From assembly GCA_964582785.1 (NCBI GenBank), contig CAZOTT010000001.1, forward strand, positions 15,007 to 79,006: DNA of 64,000 nucleotides. The letters run 5' to 3'. Position numbers and translations under genes: made by a program. The notes beneath the pieces are model-generated. The model ran no database searches, was not told the DNA's origin, and was given only the letters and a program-made list of their open reading frames with translations. Shown piece by piece: positions 8,489 to 15,119 of this stretch (position 1 is its first letter; every line of letters begins with the position of its first letter). Source of the stretch: an uncultured Acidobacteriota bacterium. Lineage in GTDB: Bacteria; Acidobacteriota; Polarisedimenticolia; J045.

Positions 8489-8863
8489 GTGCGCAAGATC
8501 CTGTTCCTGCTGACCGTGGTGGCCGCGCTCGGGCTCGTCGCCGTTGCCGCCGAGATCCCGAAGGACAAGCAGGTCCTGCACTTCAAGACGATGATGGGCA
8601 CGGTGACGTTCAGCCACCGGGCCCACGTCGACCGGGCGCCGAACGGCTGCGTCGACTGCCACCACAAGACCAAGCCGGGGGAGATGCCCCAGCCCTGTTC
8701 CGCCTGCCACCAGAAGAAGAAGGCCGAGGGGAAGAAGCTCAAGCTCAAGGATGCGGTCCACAAGCGGTGCTGGGGCTGCCACCAGAAGAACCTGGACGCC
8801 GGCAAGAAGGGCGGCCCGGTCAAGAAGGACTGCAAGGTCTGCCACGTGCGCAAGAAGAAGTAA
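8489..8863 (+). CDS. Small periplasmic tetraheme cytochrome c3-family protein (124 aa).
   Basis: GTG start with RBS AAAAAGGAGGAAACA. Signal peptide. CVDCHH, CSACHQ, CWGCHQ, CKVCHV. Lys-rich. Confidence 0.8.
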   Translation: MRKILFLLTVVAALGLVAVAAEIPKDKQVLHFKTMMGTVTFSHRAHVDRAPNGCVDCHHKTKPGEMPQPCSACHQKKKAEGKKLKLKDAVHKRCWGCHQKNLDAGKKGGPVKKDCKVCHVRKKK

Positions 8864-8886
8864 TCCCGGTCACGATGATCGCGTGG

Positions 8887-8920
8887 GCGGGCCGGGGTGG
8901 TTCCCGGCCCGCTTCCTGTT
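8887..8920 (+). terminator. Hairpin (10-bp stem gcgggccggg / cccggcccgc, 6-nt loop) followed by TTCCTGTT. Candidate intrinsic terminator of the cytochrome operon.
   Basis: Inverted repeat 24 nt after the c3 stop codon. Confidence 0.45.
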
Positions 8921-9168
8921 CCGGGGCCTTTCCGCCCGGCGAACCGGGAGCCTTCCGGCAGGGCCGTCCCGGAATTCCCGCTACTCCCGCGGCGCTCTCC
9001 CGGTGCCGGGGCCCGGCGCTCCCACCCCCGGGACTCCCGTCCCCCGCGGGGTGTCGTCCCGGAACCACGGGAAGCCCGGGTCCCGGGGGACGGCGGCGTT
9101 TCACCCCCGTCTCCACCGAATCGCCGGTGGACGGTGCCGGGAACCTCCTCCCCGCACCCCGGGGTCGC

Positions 9169-12100
9169 TCAGAAGAGCTTGAGGACGAGGAACATCGCCT
9201 CCACGTCCCCCTCCACCGGGTCCAGGTCGCTCCGGAGGGCGTACCCGACGTCGAAGCGCAGGATCGTCTCCCACGGGCCGAGGAAGCTGGCCGCGACCCC
9301 GACGCCGGTGTGGTCCGTCATCCCGGGAGCGATCCGGGGATCGTGCACCCGGGCGTGGTCCAGGACCGCGTCGAAGCGCACGACGTCCGAGATGTTGAAC
9401 GAGTACTTCACCTGGGCCAGGAGCCCGTGGTCGTACCGGATGCCCGACCCGCCGAAGCCCCGCAGCCGGTCCCCCGACAGGAACCCGAAGGTGAACGACG
9501 AGAACCGGTCCAGGTCGTCGCCGGCCTGGTACCTGGCGGACACCTCGATCTTCTGGAAGAGGGGCAGGAACCAGCTCTTCTGGACGCCCGCCCACCAGGT
9601 CGTCCAGTCCTTCGTCCGCGCCACCTCCTCCCGGGTGGCCACCGCGCCCTCCGGGCCCCAGGGAAGCCAGTCGGACCGGTCGTGCCACGAGGCCCCGGTC
9701 ATCAGGCTCCATCCCTTCCGGTCGAAGGCCAGTTCCAGTTCCTCGATCCGCTCCCAGTGGTCCGCCGGCACCACGAAGCGCCGCGTGTCCTCGTGCCGCT
9801 GGTAGACCACCCGGTCCATCTCTCCCATTGCCCGCAGCTTGACGAAGCTTCCCAGGGGAACGCCCAGGTTCACCCGCAGGGCCTGGCGCAGGCGCTGCAG
9901 CCGGTGCGACTCGATTTCCTCGCCCCGGACGTAGTCCTTGTCGGTGGAAGGGTAGCCGACGGCGTTCAGCGTCACGCCGAGGTCGAGCCGTCGGCCCAGG
10001 ACACTGGGGTCGGAATAGGTGACGTTGGCGAACGCGCCGGCGAAGAAGACGTTCAGGATCTTCTTCCGGCCGAAGAGATTGATGTTCGTGTAGTTGACGC
10101 CCGCGAGCGGGATCACGCCCTCCGTGCCCTCGTCGTACAGGGCGCCCCCCAGCAGGAACAGCTGGGTCGGGTCACCCTTCTCGTTGACGACCCGGCGCCC
10201 GTCCTTCGTCTTCGAGAGCCACTTGAACCCCTCCGGCGTGTCCCGGAGCATCTGCCGGTCGGAGGCGTACGTGCGCGCCCGCAGGTCGGCGAACCCGGGG
10301 TCGTTGATCTCCGGGGGCCCGAAGGTGATCTGGCGCAGCACGACGAGGTTCGACCCGTTCACGGTGTAGATCTGCTGGCCGGAGAGCTCCTCGAGAAGCC
10401 AGTAGGTGGTCCCGTCCGGTCCCTCCCAGGGACGGAACAGCTGGGTCTGCTCGTCGCTGATCGCCGGCGGGGTCAGCTCGGTCTGGACCGACGACACCTT
10501 GACCAGGGCGCCGGTCGCCTGGTCGATCCACGCGCGCCCCCGGTAGAGGGATGCGCCCGGCGACAGCGGCTGGAAGCGGAGCCGCCAGCAGCGGCGCCCT
10601 TCCACCTCCTCCTCGCCCTCGAGCCGGTACCGGTAGCGCCGGTCCAGGTTCAGGTCGAGGGGCAGCGCGACCACCCGGTCCTTCGTCACCAGCGGGATCT
10701 CCGGGATCTTCTTCCACTTCAGTTTCACGCCGTCGAAGAACGTTTCGCGGATCGCCCACTCCCCGCCGGTTTCCGGGTCCCAGAACCAGTCGGCGTGCAT
10801 CTCGATCTCGAAGGTCCCGGTGACCTGGGCATACCGCACGCGGAACTTGATCCATCCCTCCCGGTGCACGTTCCGCAGGCGATCGTCCTGGAACGAGCGG
10901 AACCGCTGGTGGAAGGCGATGATCTCGTCGGGCGTCACCCGGTGGACGCCCGCGACTTCCTCCCGCTCCTCGGCGAGGTCGATTCCCGGCGAGACCCGGA
11001 GCCGGTTGACGAGCAGCATCCGGGGCCGGCGGGCGAGGGGCGCCTCGACCCGCACGTGGGCATCGTCCAGGGGCACCGCCCGCAGGAAGCGCTCCGTCCC
11101 GGTGAGCGGGTCCACGGCCCGGTAGCCCCGCCGCATCGCCTTCTCGAAGACGAACGCGGCCCGGGCGTCCCCGGGGACCCCGGGACGGCCCGCCCAGTAG
11201 AAGAGGACCTCCCGGAAGCTCCGGTCATCGAAGAAACGGACCCAGCGGACCGGCACCGGGCCCGGCTGGACCTCGATTCCCGCCCCCTTCCGCGGAGAGA
11301 GCCCGAGCCCCGGCCCGAGGACCCGGGCGATCGCCTCGAGGGCCCCCGCGGTGGCGCGGGCCGCCGCCGCGTCCTGTTCCGGCAACCGCAGCAGGGTGGC
11401 GTCCGCGCCCGCGGCCAGCAGGTCGAGGGCCCGGGCCAGGACGTCGTCCGAGGCGGCTTCCCCCCGGGTCTCCGCCCGCGCATCGGCCAGGACCAGCAGG
11501 GCCGCCCCCGGGTCGAGGGTCCGGAGTTCCTCCCGCAGGGCGCTCACGGCCTTCCCCGCGTCCCGGCCCACCGGGAGGACGAGGGTCACCCCGTCCACGT
11601 AGGGGGCCAGGTCCCCCGTGGCCTTCCAGGCGCGGGCCAGCAGGTCCACCTCGGGGCCCTCGTGAACGACCACGTCCACCGCGGCGGCCGGGTCCTCCCC
11701 GTGAATCGTGACCGAGGCGGCCTTGATCTCGTAGGCGGCGAGGCGGGCGTCCCCCGCGGTTCCGGGGGCGGGCAGGAAATCCGCCAGGAGCCACGCGGCC
11801 ACCTCCCCCTTCAGTTCCCGGGCCCCCGCCCGCAGCATCCGCAGCCAGTCCCTCCGCCGGGCCTCGAGGCCGGTGCCCGGAACGGCGGGGGACCCGTGGA
11901 CCAGCACCGCCACCCGCGCCCCCCGGGACCGCTGGGCCCGGACACGCTCGACGAGGGGAGCCGGGTCCGGCGTTCCGCCCCGGGGAAACAGGTCCCGGCA
12001 CCGGGTCTCGACGACCACCCAGGGGACACCGTCTCCCGGGGCGGCCTCCCCGTGGCCGCGGGCCGCCGGCGTGATCCCGCTGCCGGCCTCGACCCAGCCG

Positions 12101-12243
12101 AGGGCGTGGACCGGAACCGCCGGCTGGACCAGGCCGGTGACCGCCGGGCGGGCGGGGCCGGCCGCGTGGACGGCCCCCGGGAGGAGCAGGGCCGGGAAAA
12201 GGATCGGGAGGACGCGGAGCAGCAGCTGGCGGGTCGCCGTCAT
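9169..12243 (-). CDS. Large (1024 aa) secreted outer-membrane protein of unknown function. Signal peptide, Ala-rich N-domain, central LolA-like domain, and C-terminal putative beta-barrel ending in Phe.
   Basis: Start MTATRQLLLRVLPILFPALLLPGAVHAAG with RBS GAGGAGAA. C-terminal ...VEAMFLVLKLF. Central segment WIKFRVRYAQVTGTFEIEMHADWFWDPETGGEW...YRGRAWIDQATGALVKV resembles LolA-like lipoprotein-carrier folds. The rest of the 1520-aa track ORF upstream looks non-coding. Confidence 0.6.
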   Translation of the reverse strand: MTATRQLLLRVLPILFPALLLPGAVHAAGPARPAVTGLVQPAVPVHALGWVEAGSGITPAARGHGEAAPGDGVPWVVVETRCRDLFPRGGTPDPAPLVERVRAQRSRGARVAVLVHGSPAVPGTGLEARRRDWLRMLRAGARELKGEVAAWLLADFLPAPGTAGDARLAAYEIKAASVTIHGEDPAAAVDVVVHEGPEVDLLARAWKATGDLAPYVDGVTLVLPVGRDAGKAVSALREELRTLDPGAALLVLADARAETRGEAASDDVLARALDLLAAGADATLLRLPEQDAAAARATAGALEAIARVLGPGLGLSPRKGAGIEVQPGPVPVRWVRFFDDRSFREVLFYWAGRPGVPGDARAAFVFEKAMRRGYRAVDPLTGTERFLRAVPLDDAHVRVEAPLARRPRMLLVNRLRVSPGIDLAEEREEVAGVHRVTPDEIIAFHQRFRSFQDDRLRNVHREGWIKFRVRYAQVTGTFEIEMHADWFWDPETGGEWAIRETFFDGVKLKWKKIPEIPLVTKDRVVALPLDLNLDRRYRYRLEGEEEVEGRRCWRLRFQPLSPGASLYRGRAWIDQATGALVKVSSVQTELTPPAISDEQTQLFRPWEGPDGTTYWLLEELSGQQIYTVNGSNLVVLRQITFGPPEINDPGFADLRARTYASDRQMLRDTPEGFKWLSKTKDGRRVVNEKGDPTQLFLLGGALYDEGTEGVIPLAGVNYTNINLFGRKKILNVFFAGAFANVTYSDPSVLGRRLDLGVTLNAVGYPSTDKDYVRGEEIESHRLQRLRQALRVNLGVPLGSFVKLRAMGEMDRVVYQRHEDTRRFVVPADHWERIEELELAFDRKGWSLMTGASWHDRSDWLPWGPEGAVATREEVARTKDWTTWWAGVQKSWFLPLFQKIEVSARYQAGDDLDRFSSFTFGFLSGDRLRGFGGSGIRYDHGLLAQVKYSFNISDVVRFDAVLDHARVHDPRIAPGMTDHTGVGVAASFLGPWETILRFDVGYALRSDLDPVEGDVEAMFLVLKLF

Positions 12244-12393
12244 CGGGTTCTCCTCGCGGTACCTTCCGGGCAGCCGTGGACGGCCACGGCAGAGGTGGTA
12301 GCTTACCGCCTCTTGGATGCGCGCCCGTACCCCGGGGATACGTTTCCGCCCGCCGCTGCGGGTACCATCCTTTCCGAGGAGGAGGTGCGCGCC

Positions 12394-13191
12394 ATGCCCG
12401 GTCGCCCGGTCGTCACGTTCCTCACCGACTTCGGTCTCGCCGACGGCTACGTCGGCGCGATGAAGGGGGCCCTCCTGCGGGCCGCGCCGGACGTGCTGCC
12501 GGTGGACCTCACCCACGACGTTCCCCCCCACGACGTCCTGGCCGGGGCGTTCCTGCTCGCCGGCGCGGCGCGGTGGTTCCCGCCGGGAACGGTTCACGTG
12601 GCGGTGGTGGACCCGGGGGTCGGAACCCCCCGCCGGGGCCTCGCCGCCCGGGCGGGGGACTGGTTCTTCGTCGCCCCGGACAACGGGCTGCTGGAGCTCG
12701 TCCTGCGGGAACAGCCCGCGGCCGAGGTCCGCCGGATCGCCAACCCCGACCTGTGCAACCCGGATCCGCACCCGACCTTCCACGGCCGCGACGTGTTCGC
12801 CCCGGTGGCCGGGGCCCTGGCCCGGGGGGTCTCCCTCGCGGAGATCGGGCCCGCGGTGGACGACCCGGTGCGGCTCCCGCTGCCGGAGGTCCGGGCGGAG
12901 GAGCGGGGGCTGGCGGTCCCGGTCCTGCACGTCGACCGGTTCGGGAACGTCGTCCTCGGGGTCCGCGCGGGGGAGCTGCGGGCCCGGCTGGGGGACGGCC
13001 CGTGGCGCATCGTCGAGCCGACCCCGGCGGGGCCGGTCTTCCCCGCCCGCACCTACGGGGAGATCCCCCCCGGTTCCCTCGCGCTCCTCGCCGGGTCGTC
13101 GGGCTGGGCGGAACTCGCCCTCGACCGGGCCCCGGCGGCGGACCGGCTCGGGGTCGCTCCCGGTCACAGGGTCCTGATATCGAGGAGGTGA
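12394..13191 (+). CDS. S-adenosyl-L-methionine hydroxide adenosyltransferase (DUF62, SAM hydrolase/halogenase superfamily).
   Basis: MPGRPVVTFLTDFGLADGYVGAMKGALL...VHVAVVDPGVGT...FFVAPDNGLL. RBS GAGGAGGAGG. This is the only real part of the 1810-aa track ORF 7759..13191. Confidence 0.8.
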   Translation: MPGRPVVTFLTDFGLADGYVGAMKGALLRAAPDVLPVDLTHDVPPHDVLAGAFLLAGAARWFPPGTVHVAVVDPGVGTPRRGLAARAGDWFFVAPDNGLLELVLREQPAAEVRRIANPDLCNPDPHPTFHGRDVFAPVAGALARGVSLAEIGPAVDDPVRLPLPEVRAEERGLAVPVLHVDRFGNVVLGVRAGELRARLGDGPWRIVEPTPAGPVFPARTYGEIPPGSLALLAGSSGWAELALDRAPAADRLGVAPGHRVLISRR

Positions 13192-13673
13192 CGGCAGGAC
13201 AGGAGGTACCAGCCCCCCTGCCGCTCGAGGGGGATGAACTTCCGGTCGTCGTTCAGGAGGTCGAGGAGCCGGCGGCGGCTTTCCGGCATCTCGATCCAGA
13301 CCACGCCGTGCCAGTGCCGCTCGTCCGGGGGCAGGGAGGCCAGGGTGAGGACGGTGTCCTCCCGGGCGAGCCCCTCGTGATCGTCGCTGAGCCCGGTGTC
13401 CACCGGCCCGGGCACGCGGATCGCCACGATCCGGCCCTTGTTCAGGAGGTGCCCTCCCTCCGGGGTGTCCAGCGGGAGGAACGGGTCCGGGGAAGCCAGC
13501 AGGTCCACGACCCGCTCCCGCCCCTCGTGCAACCCGGTCCGGGGCAGCACGTAGAAGTTCCCGGCGAGGTTTCTTCCGCCCTCGAGGAGCACCTCGACGG
13601 GTACCGTCTCCTTCGGAATCCGCCAGATCTCCCGGCCGGCGCCGGGCACGTCCCGCGTCGTTCCCTGGGTCAT
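13164..13673 (-). CDS. Hypothetical protein (169 aa). Convergent with the DUF62 gene and overlaps it by 28 nt.
   Basis: MTQGTTRDVPGAGREIWRIPKETVPVEVLLEGGRNLAGNFYVLPRTG.... GC3 bias. No family recognised. Confidence 0.45.
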   Translation of the reverse strand: MTQGTTRDVPGAGREIWRIPKETVPVEVLLEGGRNLAGNFYVLPRTGLHEGRERVVDLLASPDPFLPLDTPEGGHLLNKGRIVAIRVPGPVDTGLSDDHEGLAREDTVLTLASLPPDERHWHGVVWIEMPESRRRLLDLLNDDRKFIPLERQGGWYLLSCRHLLDIRTL

Positions 13674-13826
13674 GCCGCGCTCCCGGGGCCCCCGGGCCCC
13701 TCCCGGGGGAAGATAGGTTCGCCGGCACCACGCCGCACCCCGTTCGCTTCCCGCCGGTTTGCTCCCCCCAGCACCGGGACCTATCGTCCCCCCGGGAGGA
13801 GCGTGTCCTCCCGGCGGGGACCCAGG

Positions 13827-14963
13827 ATGAGCCTCTCGGGACAGCTCTCCACGATGAACCTGGCCGACCTGCTCCAGTGGGTGGCCGGTTCGGCGAAGAC
13901 CGGGCGCCTCGATTTCCGGCGGGGCCCGGTGGTCAAGGAGGTCTACGTCCAGGAGGGGCTGATCGTCGGGGCGGCCTCGAACCAGCCCACCGAGATGCTC
14001 GGCCACCACCTGGTCGCCCGGGGGAGGCTGACGGAAGAGCAGCTCCGGGCCGCGATCCTGGCCCGGCGGGAGGGGGACGAGTTCCTCGGCCAGGTCCTGG
14101 TCCGCCTCGGGTTCGTCAGCCAGGACGACCTGCTCCGGGCCCTCGCCGAGCGGACCGAGGAGATCATCTACTCCCTCTTCGAGTGGGAGGACGCGGACTT
14201 CCACTTCGAGCCGGGAGCCCGCCCGGGGCCGAAGGTCGTCCTGATCGCCCTCCCCGTGGACCAGGTCCTGCTCCGGGGCGTGCATCGCCACGACGAGATG
14301 GAACGGATCCGCCAGGTCTTCCCCTCCGGGAGGGTCGTGCTGTCCCGCACCGGCGTCCCCGGCCCCCGGGAAATCGTCGAGCACCCCCTCGCCCGGCGGA
14401 TCCTCGAGGCGATCGACGGCCGCCGCACGATCGACGAGCTGGCCTTCCACGTCCACGCCAGCCCCTTTCCCGTGATGAAGTTCCTCTTCGAGGCGCACCG
14501 CCTCGGCCTCGTCGCGATCGAGTCCCTCGAGGGTCCTCCCCTCGCCCTCGTCACCGGCGAGGCGCCCGATGCCGAGCTGGCCGGGCTGACCGGGCCCGCC
14601 CGGCTCGCCGCCGCGCGGGAGCACCTGGAGAAGGGAGACCCGGAAACGACCCTGACCCTCCTCGAGGACGAGGGGGGCGCCGACCCGGAAACCCGGGACC
14701 TCCGCCGCCAGGCGGAGGAGGCGTTCCTGGAGAAGGTCTACGGAGAGGAGTTTCCGCGCGGGGCCGTCCCGCAGCTGGCCCGCCCGCTCCACGAGCTGAC
14801 CGGCGAGGCGCTGCGCCCGGAGGAGTTCTTCCTCCTGTCCCGCATCGACGGAAACGTCAGCCTCGGGGACATCATCGAGATCGCCCCCCTCCAGGAGGTG
14901 GAAACCGTGCGGGCCCTCCGCCGCCTGGTGCGCCGGGGGCTCGTCCGGCTTCCTTCGCCGTGA
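13827..14963 (+). CDS. DUF4388 domain-containing protein (PATAN-like, myxobacterial/delta-proteobacterial type).
   Basis: MSLSGQLSTMNLADLLQWVAGSAKTGRLDF... matches the characteristic DUF4388 N-terminus. 379 aa. Confidence 0.7.
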   Translation: MSLSGQLSTMNLADLLQWVAGSAKTGRLDFRRGPVVKEVYVQEGLIVGAASNQPTEMLGHHLVARGRLTEEQLRAAILARREGDEFLGQVLVRLGFVSQDDLLRALAERTEEIIYSLFEWEDADFHFEPGARPGPKVVLIALPVDQVLLRGVHRHDEMERIRQVFPSGRVVLSRTGVPGPREIVEHPLARRILEAIDGRRTIDELAFHVHASPFPVMKFLFEAHRLGLVAIESLEGPPLALVTGEAPDAELAGLTGPARLAAAREHLEKGDPETTLTLLEDEGGADPETRDLRRQAEEAFLEKVYGEEFPRGAVPQLARPLHELTGEALRPEEFFLLSRIDGNVSLGDIIEIAPLQEVETVRALRRLVRRGLVRLPSP

Positions 14964-15036
14964 TCCATCCGCGCCCGGCAGCGGGCAAGGGGGACTCACC
15001 GGATACAATAAAGCATTTATCTTCACAGGTTATGCG

Positions 15037-15066
15037 TTGACACTCGATCTGACGTCCCCGTAAGAT
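15037..15066 (+). promoter_or_regulatory. Candidate sigma70 promoter inside an AT-rich island. -35 TTGACA, 18-nt spacer, -10 TAAGAT. Sits about 55 nt upstream of the 19-heme cytochrome gene.
   Basis: Sequence ...acaataaagcatttatcttcacaggttatgcgTTGACActcgatctgacgtccccgTAAGATcc. An unusually AT-rich stretch in a 70% GC genome. Confidence 0.5.
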
Positions 15067-15119
15067 CCCGCCACGATGCCGCCCCGGTACGCGGCCGGGG
15101 CTCCGTCGGGAGAACGCCC

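Noticed and set aside
7759-13191. 1810-aa plus-strand ORF
   Set aside because: It runs antisense through the c3 gene, the terminator region and the 1024-aa minus-strand OMP gene. Such long open antisense frames are expected at about 70% GC. Only its last 266 codons (12394..13191, the DUF62 gene with its own RBS) show a recognisable protein family.
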